Shown here: piece after piece, positions 7,407 through 17,197 of the stretch
Layout: each line of letters begins with the position of its first letter
Position numbering within the stretch: the first letter of the stretch is position 1
Assembly (NCBI GenBank): GCA_963716255.1
Contig: OY970303.1
Location: 4,192,001 to 4,256,000 of the forward strand
Reading direction: 5' to 3'
From: an uncultured Gemmatimonadales bacterium
Lineage (GTDB): Bacteria > Gemmatimonadota > Gemmatimonadetes > Longimicrobiales > Longimicrobiaceae
DNA length: 64,000 nt
Translations under genes and position numbers: made by a program
The notes under the pieces: generated by a model
What the model saw: the letters and a program-made list of their open reading frames with translations, nothing else
Told to the model about the DNA's origin: nothing
The model's database searches: none

Positions 7407-9875
7407 TCAGTTCGCCGTCTTTGCACCTCGCGGCGGCGCGTTCTTCACGTACCGGTCCATCCAGTCGATCATCTCGGCGAGCGTGTGCTGCACCGACTCG
7501 CGCGCCCGGTACCCGTGGGCCTCGTGCGGGAGCACCACGTAGCGCACGGTGGCGCCGTTGCCCTTGAGCGCGGCGTAGAACCGCTCGGTCTGCACCGGAA
7601 AGGTCCCCGAGTTGTCGTCCGCCTCGCCGTGGATCAGCAGGATGGGCTCGTCGACCCGGTCGGCGTGGTTGAAGGGGCTCATGCGGTCGTACACCTCGGC
7701 GGCCTCCCAGTAGCTGCGCGACTCGGCCTGGAAGCCGAAGGGCGTCAGCGTGCGGTTGTACGCCCCCGAGCGCGCGATGCCGGCGCGGAACAGGTCGGAC
7801 CGGGCCAGGAGGTTGGCGGTCATGAAGGCGCCGTAGCTGTGTCCGCCCATCCCGATGCGGTCCCGGTCCGCCACGCCCATCTCCACCACCTTGTCCACCG
7901 CGGCCCGCGCGCTGGCGACCAGCTGCTCCACGTACGTGTCGTTGGGCTCCCGGCCCCCGGCGCCCACGATGGGCATGGTGGGGCTGTCCAGCACGGCGTA
8001 CCCCTGCGTGAGCAGGAACAGGTGCGACGCTCCGGCCACCTGCGGGAAGCGGTTGGGCGAGTCGGCGAGCTGGCCGGCCGCCGCCGCGTCGCGGAACTCG
8101 CGCGGGTACGCCCACATCAGCATGGGGAGCGGCCCGTCGCGCCGGGCGTCGTACCCGGGAGGCGTGAAGAGCGTGGCGCTCAGCATCACGCCGTCGGCGC
8201 GGGGGTAGGTGATGATGCGCCGCTGGACGCCGGCGAGCTGCGGCGCCGGGTCGGGGAAGTCGGTGACCGCCGCCGCCGACCGGCGCGCCAGGTCGCGCAC
8301 GTAGTAGTTGGGCGGCTCGGTGAGCGCTTCGCGCCGGGTGAGGATGCGCTTTCCCTCGCGGTCCAGGAGCGAGACCAGGGTCTCGTAGTGCGGGTCGCGG
8401 GCCTGCCAGAGGCGCTCCGCCCTGCCGGTGGCCAGCGCCATCCGGTCCAGGAACGGGTAGCTCCCCCGCTCCGACGCGCCCTCGCCGGTCAGAAAGATCC
8501 GCCCGCCGTCCGGGGTGAAGACGAGCACGGGGAAGCCCGCCGGGTTGCGGGTGGTCACCGGGCTCCCCCGGTCGCCGTAGCGGTCCTCGGAGGAGCGGTC
8601 CCACAGCACCCGCGCCGCGCCGCCCGGGGCGGAGGGATCCACCACCTGGGCGCGGGCGCGGCTGGTGGTCTGCCAGCGCGACCTCACCAGCGCGAGGTCG
8701 CTCCTCCCCCAGGTGACGCCGTCGTAGCGCTGGTCCAGCTCCACCAGCGTGCGCGGGGCGCCGGTGAAGGGCGCGTCCAGCATCACCACCCGGTCGCGCA
8801 CGGGGGCCGCCCGGCGCGGGTCGCCGCCGTCCTGCGCCTCGGCCCACACCAGGGTGGCGGGGGCGTCGGAGCGCCAGGAAACGGAGCGCGGGCCGGTGCG
8901 CACGCGGTCCCTGCCGATGGGGGGCGGGCTCACTTCGGGGCGGTCGGACACCCGGTAGACGCTGCGGCCGGCGAGGTCCAGGACGAGGGTTTCGCCCGCG
9001 AAGGCGCTCATGGGCACCAGGTAGCTGAAGGGCCGCCGGACCCGGTCCACGCGCACGTACTCCCCGCCCGGCGCCACGCCGTAACCGCTGATGATGGCGG
9101 GCTCCCCGATGGGTGTGGGCGCGCCGCCGTCCAGCGGGACGCGCGCGAGCTGCGAGGTGAAGTGGTACTCGAAGAGCCGCTCGTCGTGCGGGGTGGCGAG
9201 CAGGTCCTGGTACGTCCGCGCCGGGGCCGCCCGCCCGGCGCTCTCCTGCACGATGGGGCCGGCGGGGACGCGCGGCTCGGGGGGCGCCTCGCCGCGCCCC
9301 GGGGCCCGCAGCGTGGCCAGGAGGGAGCGGCCGTCCGGCATCCACTGGAAGGGGGAGCCGGCCGCGGCGTTCAGCTCGGGCCCGGTGAGCCGGCGCGCCC
9401 GCGCGGCGGCGGCGTCCACCACCCACAGCTCGATCCCCTCCGGCGTGGTGCGGGCGAAGGCCAGGAGCGACCCGTCCGGCGACCACTCCGGCGAGGAGAT
9501 CCTCGCCCCCGCCGGGAGCTGCACCGCGCGGCGATTCCCCGCCCCCACGGGGCCCAGGGTGATGCCGTTGTAGTAGCTGGCCCGGCTGGGCCCGCCGGTG
9601 CGGGGGTTGATGCGCGCGCCCGCAAGCCGCAGCTCGGGCTCGGCCAGCTCGGCGATCCCCGGCATCTCCTCGCGCCCCAGGAGCGCCATGCGCTCGCGCC
9701 CGGGCGCCAGGAGGACGGTGGGGGCGGCGGGAGCGGCCAGGATCTGCGGGATGGGCGCGGGGGGCGTGCGGTAGACCGCGGGAATTCCCGGCGTGGCGTC
9801 CTGCGCGGGCGCGGGGCCGGCGGCCGCGAGCAGGGCGACGGCGGCCGCGGGCCAGGGCGAGGCGATGCGCTGCAT
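7407..9875 (-). CDS. Secreted S9 prolyl oligopeptidase family peptidase
   Basis: Signal peptide from MQRIASP; beta-propeller repeats (WSPDG); GGHSYGA catalytic Ser, HGEADD, HEAHG. Confidence 0.92.
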   Translation of the reverse strand: MQRIASPWPAAAVALLAAAGPAPAQDATPGIPAVYRTPPAPIPQILAAPAAPTVLLAPGRERMALLGREEMPGIAELAEPELRLAGARINPRTGGPSRASYYNGITLGPVGAGNRRAVQLPAGARISSPEWSPDGSLLAFARTTPEGIELWVVDAAAARARRLTGPELNAAAGSPFQWMPDGRSLLATLRAPGRGEAPPEPRVPAGPIVQESAGRAAPARTYQDLLATPHDERLFEYHFTSQLARVPLDGGAPTPIGEPAIISGYGVAPGGEYVRVDRVRRPFSYLVPMSAFAGETLVLDLAGRSVYRVSDRPEVSPPPIGRDRVRTGPRSVSWRSDAPATLVWAEAQDGGDPRRAAPVRDRVVMLDAPFTGAPRTLVELDQRYDGVTWGRSDLALVRSRWQTTSRARAQVVDPSAPGGAARVLWDRSSEDRYGDRGSPVTTRNPAGFPVLVFTPDGGRIFLTGEGASERGSYPFLDRMALATGRAERLWQARDPHYETLVSLLDREGKRILTRREALTEPPNYYVRDLARRSAAAVTDFPDPAPQLAGVQRRIITYPRADGVMLSATLFTPPGYDARRDGPLPMLMWAYPREFRDAAAAGQLADSPNRFPQVAGASHLFLLTQGYAVLDSPTMPIVGAGGREPNDTYVEQLVASARAAVDKVVEMGVADRDRIGMGGHSYGAFMTANLLARSDLFRAGIARSGAYNRTLTPFGFQAESRSYWEAAEVYDRMSPFNHADRVDEPILLIHGEADDNSGTFPVQTERFYAALKGNGATVRYVVLPHEAHGYRARESVQHTLAEMIDWMDRYVKNAPPRGAKTAN

Positions 9876-10089
9876 GGGCCTTTGCGTGAAGCTGGGCAGG
9901 GGGAGCCGGCTTCGGGCGGCCGGCGGGAGCGCGTGGCGGATGCAGGGCAAGGTGGGGCGCCCCGGGGCCGGGGAGCAAGGGCGGCGCCGCGCCGGCCGGC
10001 GCGCTTTGCCCCGGTCTGCGCCGCGGGATAGATTGTGCCGGTGGCGCCTCCCCGCCACCTCCGCCGCGCGAACCCGCAGCCGCACGCCC

Positions 10090-12873
10090 GTGGAAAAGCC
10101 CGAGAAGACCCGTCCCCGCCTCTTCCTGATCGACGGCTACGCCCTGATCTACCGCGCGTTCTTCGCGCTGATCTCGCGGCCGCTGATCTCCGCCCGCGGC
10201 GAGAACACCTCCGCCGCCTGGGGCGTCACCAAGTTCCTCCTCAAGGTCATCGAGCAGCACGAGCCCGACTACCTGGGGATGGTGTTCGACGCGGGGACCT
10301 CCGACCGCCACGTCCTCTACCCGGAGTACAAGGCCACCCGGGAAAAGATGCCGGTCGAGCTGGACGGCTCGCTGCCGCGCATCCGGCAGCTGGTGGACGC
10401 CTTCCGCATCCCCATCGTGGAGCTGGCCGGCTTCGAGGCGGACGACGTCATCGGCACGCTGGCGCGCCTGGCCGCGGACGCGGAGCTGGAAACGGTGATC
10501 GTCTCCGGCGACAAGGACTTCTACCAGCTCATCCGCCCGCACGTGTGCCTGCTCAATCCCGGCCGCGGCGGGCCGCAGGCGGTGGACGAGGAGTGGGTGG
10601 ACACCCGCAACGCGCACGAGCGGCTGGGCGTGGCCCCGGAGCACGTGGTGGACTACCTGGGGCTCATCGGCGACACCTCGGACAACGTGCCCGGGGTGCG
10701 CGGGATCGGGCCGAAGACGGCGATCCAGCTCATCGAGCAGTTCGGCGGCATCGACGAGATCCTGGCCCGCACGGGGGAGATCACCGCGAAGCGCGCGCGT
10801 GAAGCCCTGGAAACGCACCGCGCCGACGCCCTGCTTTCCCGTGAGCTGGTCACCATCCGGGTGGACCTCCCCATGTCGCTGGACCTGGAGGCGCTGCGCC
10901 GCAAGGAGCCGGACCGGGCGCGCCTCAAGGAGATCTTCCTGGAGCTGGACTTCCACTCGCTGGTGCGCGACTACGGCGCCCCCGCCGCCGAGGCGAAGCC
11001 GGCGATGGCGACCACCTACCGGCTGGTGCAGTCGGCCGCCGACGCCCGCGCGCTGGCCGAGCGCATGCGCGAGCGCGGCAGCGTGTCGCTGGACACGGAA
11101 ACCACCAGCACCGACCCGGTGCGCGCCGACCTGATCGGGATCTCGGTGGCGCTGGAGCCGGGGGAGGCGTACTACCTCCCCTTCGCGCACTGCCTGCCCG
11201 GCGGAGGGCAGGGGGAGCTGCTGGAGGAGGGCGGGGAGGACCGGCCGGCGCCGGAGCCCCCGGCGTGCCTGCCGCCGCTGCTCAGCGAGGAGATGGCGCC
11301 GCTGGTGGCGGCCATCGAGGCCGCGGAGGTGGAGAAGGTGGGGCAGAACCTCAAGTACGACCTGCTGGTGCTGCGCCGCGCCGGGGTGCGGCTGGAGGGG
11401 ATCGGCTTCGACACCATGATCGCCAGCTACCTGCTGGACCCGGGGCGCCGCGAGCACGGCATGGACTCGCTGGCGCTCCAGTACCTGGACCACCGCACCA
11501 TCAGCTACGAGGAGGTGACGGGGAAGGGGAAGTCGCAGATCCCCTTCGCCTGGGTGCCGCTGGAGCGCGCCCGCGACTACGCCGCGGAGGACGCGGACGT
11601 GACGCTGCGGCTGCGGGACCTGTTCGCGCCGGAGCTGGAGAAGCTGCACCTGGACGACCTGTTCCGCCGCATCGAGATGCCGCTGGTGGAAGTGCTTGCG
11701 GAGATGGAGTGGAACGGCATCCGCATCGACGAGCCCTTCTTCCACGAGCTGCACCGGCGCCTGCTGGGTCAGCTGGAGGCGGTGCGGGCGACGATCCACA
11801 CGGAGGCGGGCGGGGAGTTCAACATCAACTCCAACCCCCAGCTGCGCGAGATCCTCTTCGACCGGCTGAAGCTGCCGGTGATCAAGCGCACCAAGACGGG
11901 CGCTTCCACCGACGTGGAGGTGCTTCAGGCGCTGGCCGCGCAGGGGCACCGCCTGCCGGAGCTGCTGATGGAGTACCGGCAGCTGGACAAGCTGCTTTCC
12001 ACCTACGTGGACGCGCTTCCCCGCATGGTGAACCCGGAGACGGGGCGCATCCACACCTCGTTCAACCAGACCATCGCGGCCACGGGGCGCCTGTCGTCCA
12101 CCGACCCCAACCTGCAGAACATCCCCATCCGCACGGAGATGGGAGCGGAGATCCGCCGCGGCTTCGTGCCGCAGGAGGGGCACCTCTTCTTTTCGGCGGA
12201 CTACTCGCAGATCGAGCTGCGCATCCTGGCGCACTACTCGGAGGACCCGGCCTTCGTGGAGGCCTTCCGCCTGGGCGAGGACATCCACCGGCAGACGGCG
12301 GCGCTGATCTTCGGGGTGGAGCGCGAGGCGGTGACGCGCGAGATGCGCGACCGCGCCAAGACGGTGAACTTCGCGGTGATCTACGGCATCGGCGCGTTCT
12401 CGCTGGCGAACCGCCTGGGGATCTCCAACGCGGAGGGGAAGCAGTTCATCGACGCCTACTTCGAGCGCTTCCCCGGGGTGCGCGCCTACCTGGACCGCCA
12501 GATCGAGCTGGCCCGCGAGAACGGCTTCGTGGAAACGCTCACCGGCCGCCGCCGCTACATCCCCGAGATCACGGCCCGCAACTTCAGCGTCCGCGCCTTC
12601 GGCGAGCGCGCCGCCACCAACGCCCCCATCCAGGGCTCCTCGGCGGACATCATCAAGATCGCCATGATCGACATCCACCGCGAGCTGCAGAAGGGCGACC
12701 TGCGCGCCAGGATGCTCCTCCAGGTGCACGACGAGCTCCTGTTCGAGGTGCCGAGGGATCAGGTGGACGACCTGCGCGAGATGGTGAAGGCGAAGATGGA
12801 GGGCGCCATCGAGCTCAAGGTGCCCCTGCGCGTGGAGACGGGTTTGGGCCAAAACTGGCTCGAGTGCAAGTGA
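10090..12873 (+). CDS. polA: DNA polymerase I
   Basis: 5'-3' exo LIDG..RAFF and FEADD; 3'-5' exo DTET, NLKYD, YAAED; polymerase motifs DYSQIELR, KTVNFAVIYG, QVHDE; GTG start inferred. Confidence 0.98.
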   Translation: MEKPEKTRPRLFLIDGYALIYRAFFALISRPLISARGENTSAAWGVTKFLLKVIEQHEPDYLGMVFDAGTSDRHVLYPEYKATREKMPVELDGSLPRIRQLVDAFRIPIVELAGFEADDVIGTLARLAADAELETVIVSGDKDFYQLIRPHVCLLNPGRGGPQAVDEEWVDTRNAHERLGVAPEHVVDYLGLIGDTSDNVPGVRGIGPKTAIQLIEQFGGIDEILARTGEITAKRAREALETHRADALLSRELVTIRVDLPMSLDLEALRRKEPDRARLKEIFLELDFHSLVRDYGAPAAEAKPAMATTYRLVQSAADARALAERMRERGSVSLDTETTSTDPVRADLIGISVALEPGEAYYLPFAHCLPGGGQGELLEEGGEDRPAPEPPACLPPLLSEEMAPLVAAIEAAEVEKVGQNLKYDLLVLRRAGVRLEGIGFDTMIASYLLDPGRREHGMDSLALQYLDHRTISYEEVTGKGKSQIPFAWVPLERARDYAAEDADVTLRLRDLFAPELEKLHLDDLFRRIEMPLVEVLAEMEWNGIRIDEPFFHELHRRLLGQLEAVRATIHTEAGGEFNINSNPQLREILFDRLKLPVIKRTKTGASTDVEVLQALAAQGHRLPELLMEYRQLDKLLSTYVDALPRMVNPETGRIHTSFNQTIAATGRLSSTDPNLQNIPIRTEMGAEIRRGFVPQEGHLFFSADYSQIELRILAHYSEDPAFVEAFRLGEDIHRQTAALIFGVEREAVTREMRDRAKTVNFAVIYGIGAFSLANRLGISNAEGKQFIDAYFERFPGVRAYLDRQIELARENGFVETLTGRRRYIPEITARNFSVRAFGERAATNAPIQGSSADIIKIAMIDIHRELQKGDLRARMLLQVHDELLFEVPRDQVDDLREMVKAKMEGAIELKVPLRVETGLGQNWLECK

Positions 12874-13036
12874 CGGCTCGATAAATCGCGCAGCTCTGCG
12901 TTGCCCTGCGGGCGGCTCCCTGCGACGTACATAAAGTACGCCTCGGTCGCCGTCCTCGGGCGCCTTGATCTGCACGATTCCTCTTCGCCTTGTCGTGTCG
13001 TGCCCGTCCGAACGGACACAGGGGGAGAACAACGCT

Positions 13037-13200
13037 GCCGTGCCGTTCCCGCTGTATCCAAATGAATCTGTTCGGAGGGAGACTCACGCGGCAGTTTGCG
13101 TGAGGCTCCCTCCGGCGAAGGGAGACCCGGGGCGGTTTCCGGGGCTCCCGCAGCCCGCGCAGGAGACGGACGGCAGTATCGTCCGGCTCCGGAGCGGCCC
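13037..13200 (-). repeat. Family B structured repeat, copy B2 (3 modules)
   Basis: On + strand: GAGA-CTCACGC-GGCAGTTT-GCGTGAG-GCTC, GAGA-CCCGG-GGCGGTTT-CCGGG-GCTC, GAGA-CGGACG-GCAGTAT-CGTCCG-GCTC, ending GGAGCGGCCC. Confidence 0.93.
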
Positions 13201-13328
13201 ACGAATGCCGAAGAAAACGACCTGCTTTCGCCCCGCAACCCCGCGCGCTAGTTTGCAACGCCCGTCCATTTCCTTCGCTGGAGGCCCCATGGCCCTGAGC
13301 ACCGGTTCGCCGCACGCCGCGGGGGGCG

Positions 13329-14255
13329 ATGCCCACGCCCACCCCTGACGCGCCCCGCCCGCTCCCGTTCGTCCTGGGCGTCGTCGGCGACTCGGGGAGC
13401 GGCAAGAGCACCATCGCCCGGGGCGTGCGGGCGCTGATCGGGGGGGACAACGTCACCTCGCTGGAGCTGGACGACTACCTGCGCTACAACCGCGCGGAGC
13501 GTGCGGAGCGGGGGCTGACGGCGCTCAACCCGCTGGTGCACAACCTCCCGCTGATGCAGGAGCACCTGCAGCTCCTCCGCCGCGGGCGCCCGGTGCGCAA
13601 CCGCGCCTACGACCACACGGACGGCTCCTTCGGCCCCGTGCGGGTGATCGAGCCGCGCGACGTGGTGCTGGCGCGCGGGCTGCTGGGCTTTCCCACGGAG
13701 GAGCTGGGGAAGTCGTACGACCTGTCGGTGTTCGTGCACCCGGAGCCGGAGCTGCTCTTCCGCTGGAAGCTGCGCCGCGACGTGCAGACGCGCGGCTACT
13801 CGGAGGCGGAGGTGCTGAAGCACATCGCGCAGCACCTGCTGGACTCCAAGCAGTTCGTCGCGCCGCAGGCGGAGCGCGCGGACCTGGTGGTGCGCTACGA
13901 GATCCCGGAATGGGACGCGGCGGACTCGGACGCGCGGGTGTCGCTGGTGCTGCGGCGCGGGGCGGCGGAGGCGCTGCGCGGAGCGGCGATCGAGCGCTTC
14001 GGCGAGGCGGCGCGGATGGAGGAGCGGGACGGGGAGCGCGTCATCCGCCTGGACGCGGGGCTGTCGCTGGAGAGCGTGGACGCCTGGGGGCGGGAACGCT
14101 TTCCGGACACCTTCGCGCCGGACGCCGTGGGCGCCTTCTGGGACCAGGAGGGGGGCTCGTCGCGCCTTCCCTCGCTGGCCTTCACGGAGGTGCTGATCGC
14201 GGCGCTGACGCAGCGTCTCCGGCGCGTGGAGGAGGCGCCGCCGCCGGCGCTCTGA
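13329..14255 (+). CDS. Phosphoribulokinase-like P-loop kinase (PRK/uridine kinase family)
   Basis: GVVGDSGSGKST, LDDY, TALNP, YDHTDG, WKLRRD..RG. Confidence 0.82.
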   Translation: MPTPTPDAPRPLPFVLGVVGDSGSGKSTIARGVRALIGGDNVTSLELDDYLRYNRAERAERGLTALNPLVHNLPLMQEHLQLLRRGRPVRNRAYDHTDGSFGPVRVIEPRDVVLARGLLGFPTEELGKSYDLSVFVHPEPELLFRWKLRRDVQTRGYSEAEVLKHIAQHLLDSKQFVAPQAERADLVVRYEIPEWDAADSDARVSLVLRRGAAEALRGAAIERFGEAARMEERDGERVIRLDAGLSLESVDAWGRERFPDTFAPDAVGAFWDQEGGSSRLPSLAFTEVLIAALTQRLRRVEEAPPPAL

Positions 14256-14283
14256 CCCGCGGCGCCCCGGGGCGGCGCGCACG

Positions 14284-14319
14284 CCGCCGCGCGGGCCCGG
14301 GGGCCCGCGCGGCGGTTTT
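14284..14319 (+). terminator. Intrinsic terminator
   Basis: CCGCCGCGCGGGCCC / GGGCCCGCGCGGCGG followed by TTTT. Confidence 0.65.
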
Positions 14320-14439
14320 CTTGCGTACGCCTGCCGAGCCCCGTCCGCAGCCTCCACCCGGTCCCGTATGCCGCCGTCCGCACGCTCCCGGAGCCGTTCC
14401 CGCGGCGCCTTCCCCCGCCGCCGCGCCGACCGGTAGCGC

Positions 14440-15006
14440 GTGGCGTTTCCTCCCGCGCACCTGCTGGTGGGGGCCGGGGTGGCGGAGGTGGTGCGGAGCG
14501 CCGCGCCGCCGCTGCCGCGCCGGCGGGCCTGGGCCGTGGCGGCTTCGCTCGCGGTGGTGCCGGACCTGGACCTGGTGCTGGGTCTGGCGCTGGGGCGCGG
14601 CGCGGAGTACCACGGGACCTTCACCCACAGCATCGTGGCCACGCTGGTGGTGGGGCTCGCGGCGGCGGCGCTGGCGGGGTGGCGCTGGGGGGTGCTGGCG
14701 GGGGCGGGGTACGGCTCGCACCTGCTGGTGGACCTGCTGGACGACCGCGGGCGCACCAACGTGCTGCTGGGCTGGCCGTTCACCCACGAGCGCCCCTTCG
14801 CCATCGCGCGCGTCTTTCCACCGGTCCCCTTCGGGCGGGCCGGCGGGCTGCGCGAGTCGGTCCTGGCGCTGCCCCGCCCGGAGGCGCTGCTGGCGCTCGC
14901 CCAGCAGACGCTGATCGGCGGTCTGTTCTTCCTGGCGCTGCTGGCGCTGGCCGGGGCGCTGCGCGTGGCGCGGCGCCGGCGGCGCGCCCGGCACGCCGCT
15001 CCCTGA
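14440..15006 (+). CDS. Membrane-bound metal-dependent hydrolase (YbcI/YdjM-like)
   Basis: N-terminal H, PDLD, HGTFTHS, SHLLVD motifs; hydrophobic helices. Confidence 0.85.
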   Translation: MAFPPAHLLVGAGVAEVVRSAAPPLPRRRAWAVAASLAVVPDLDLVLGLALGRGAEYHGTFTHSIVATLVVGLAAAALAGWRWGVLAGAGYGSHLLVDLLDDRGRTNVLLGWPFTHERPFAIARVFPPVPFGRAGGLRESVLALPRPEALLALAQQTLIGGLFFLALLALAGALRVARRRRRARHAAP

Positions 15007-15028
15007 CGCCTTCCGGCACCCTCCCGCC

Positions 15029-16951
15029 ATGTCCACCGCTCCCGCGCAGGACCGCTCGCGCGCCCCGCTCCTGGAAGCCTTCGCGCGCGACGCGCGGCAC
15101 TCGGCGCGCGCGCTGCGGCGCGTCCGCGGCTTCGCGGCCACGGCGGTGCTGACGCTGGCGCTGGGCGTGGGCGCGGCGATCCCCATGCTGGGGCTGGTGG
15201 TGGCGGGGCGGGGAAGGCCTGCGCCCTCGGCGCTCCCCGCGCCGCTGGAGCCGGCGGGGGGCGGGCGGCTGGCGTGGGGCGCCGCCGCGCGCACGGTGGA
15301 TGGCATCCGGCACGACGGGGTGGAGCTGCTGCTGGCGGTGCTGCTGGGGCTGGCGGCGGCGGCGCTGGCGCTGGCGTGCGCCAACCTGGCGATCCTGCTG
15401 CTTTCCCGCGCGGGGGCGCGGCGGCACGAGATGGCGGTGCGGGCGGCGCTGGGCGCGGGCCGCGGGGCGATCGCGCGGCAGCTCCTGGCGGAGGGCGCGC
15501 TGCTGGCGGCGGTGGGGGTGGGGGCCGGGGTCGTGCTGGGGCTGGCGGGGGCGGCGCTGCTCCCGGCGACCTGGCCGGCGGGGCTGGCGCGCTTCGCGGA
15601 CGGCGCGGCGGTGGCCCGCGCGGCGGTGGCGGTGGCGGGAGGGATGGCGGCGGTGGGGCTGCTTTTCGGCCTGGCGCCCGCTCTCGGCGCGGCCGGCCGC
15701 GGGCCGGGCGCCCTGCTCGCGGCGGGGGCGCGCGCCACCGGCGACCGCGCGGAGGGGCGCCTGCGCGGCGCGCTGATGGTGCTCGGGGTGGGGCTGTCGG
15801 TGGTGCTGCTGACGGCCACGGGGCTGCTGGTGCGCGGCGCGGCGCCCTCACTCGCCGGCGGGGAGGGCGGGATCGACGTGCGCGACACGGTGACGATGCG
15901 GGTGGACCTCGCCGCGGCGGACCCGGCGGCGCGGGCGGCGCTGCTGGAAACGGTGCTGGAGCGCGCCGCGGCGGTGCCCGGCGCGCGGGCCGCGACCGCG
16001 TCCACGGACGGCGCGTGGACGGGGCTGGGGACGGAGGACGCGGTGCGCTCCTTCTGCCCGGCGGAGTGCTGGCTGTACTACGTCCCCATTCCCATGTTCG
16101 ATCGCGTGGCGCGCCACCACGCGGTGAGCCCGGGCTTCTTCCGCGCGCACGGGGTCCCGGTGCTGCGCGGGCGGGAGCTCACGGCCGCGGACGGGCCGGG
16201 GGGCGCTCCGGTGGCGGTGGTCAACCGCACCTTCGGCCAGCGCCTGTTCCCCAACGGCGAGCCGCTGGGAAAGCGGATCCGGGTGGGCGGGCCGGCCGGG
16301 CGGTGGTATACGGTGGTGGGGATCGTGCCGGACCTGCGGCCGCGCGGGCTGGGCACGGGCGGCGAGCCCCCCATGCCCGCCCTGTACCTGTCGGCGCTCC
16401 AGCACCCGCCGCGCTCGGTGGCGCTGGCCGTGCGCGGACCCGGCGATCCCGGGCGGCTCGCCGGCGCCGTGGAGGCGGCGGTGCGCGCCGCCGCCCCCGG
16501 CTCCAGGATCTCCGGGGTGGGCACCATGGCCGCGGAACTGTCGCGCTTCGCGGCCCCGCTGCGCTGGTTCGGCGCGCTCTTCGGGGTGCTCGCCGCGGCG
16601 GCCGTGCTCCTCGCCGTGATGGGCGTGTACGGTGTGATGTCGTACAACGTGGCCCGGCGCACGCGCGAGGTGGGGGTGCGGATGGCGCTGGGCGCGCGCG
16701 TGGCGGACGTGATGCGGCTGGTGGTGGGCGCGGGGATGCGCCTCACCGCCGTCGGGGCGGTGGTGGGGCTGTGGGGCGCCCTCAGCGTGGCGCGCCTGCT
16801 GGAGGTCAAATTCCAGGGGGTGGATTCGCTCGACCTGCCGGTGTACGCGGCCGTCGCGGCGCTCCTCGCCGCGGTGTCGCTCGCCGGGAGCTGGATCCCC
16901 GCCCGCCGCGCCGCCCGCGTGGACCCCATGGTGGCGCTGCGCGCGGAGTGA
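15029..16951 (+). CDS. MacB/FtsX-type duplicated ABC transporter permease
   Basis: D..H..R.L...GF start, ACANLA..RRHEMAVRAALGA, RRTREVGVRMALGA, PARRAARVDPMVALRAE. Confidence 0.88.
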   Translation: MSTAPAQDRSRAPLLEAFARDARHSARALRRVRGFAATAVLTLALGVGAAIPMLGLVVAGRGRPAPSALPAPLEPAGGGRLAWGAAARTVDGIRHDGVELLLAVLLGLAAAALALACANLAILLLSRAGARRHEMAVRAALGAGRGAIARQLLAEGALLAAVGVGAGVVLGLAGAALLPATWPAGLARFADGAAVARAAVAVAGGMAAVGLLFGLAPALGAAGRGPGALLAAGARATGDRAEGRLRGALMVLGVGLSVVLLTATGLLVRGAAPSLAGGEGGIDVRDTVTMRVDLAAADPAARAALLETVLERAAAVPGARAATASTDGAWTGLGTEDAVRSFCPAECWLYYVPIPMFDRVARHHAVSPGFFRAHGVPVLRGRELTAADGPGGAPVAVVNRTFGQRLFPNGEPLGKRIRVGGPAGRWYTVVGIVPDLRPRGLGTGGEPPMPALYLSALQHPPRSVALAVRGPGDPGRLAGAVEAAVRAAAPGSRISGVGTMAAELSRFAAPLRWFGALFGVLAAAAVLLAVMGVYGVMSYNVARRTREVGVRMALGARVADVMRLVVGAGMRLTAVGAVVGLWGALSVARLLEVKFQGVDSLDLPVYAAVAALLAAVSLAGSWIPARRAARVDPMVALRAE

Positions 16952-17012
16952 AGGGAACGGGGGACCAGCCTGCCGCGGTGGGGGGCCCCAGCGGACGCCA
17001 GCGCGATGCCCC

Positions 17013-17139
17013 GCGTGAGGGATTACGGCCCGAAGGGGCGAGACCCCGCGGCTGTTTGCGGGGGCTCGACTCCGTTATGCACGGTTGTTCGTGCGTTACG
17101 GAGCCGAAGCCCGACCCCGGCGCAGCCGGGGGCACGCCC
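17013..17139 (+). repeat. Family A structured repeat, copy A4
   Basis: Full consensus; variable hairpin ATGCACG-GTTGTT-CGTGCGT (one T.G pair). Confidence 0.95.
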
Positions 17140-17197
17140 GAACCCGCGGTCGCTCCTGACCGACCTTGCAGCACTCAGAACAATGGAGTAGACGCAG

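Noticed and set aside
7339..13032. 1897-aa minus-strand ORF and other very long ORFs (6957-10031, 24595-28881, 32159-35434 portion, 32343-35354, 13248-15851)
   Set aside because: Antisense or off-frame shadows of well-supported genes in high-GC DNA; Arg/Gly/Pro-rich with no motifs.
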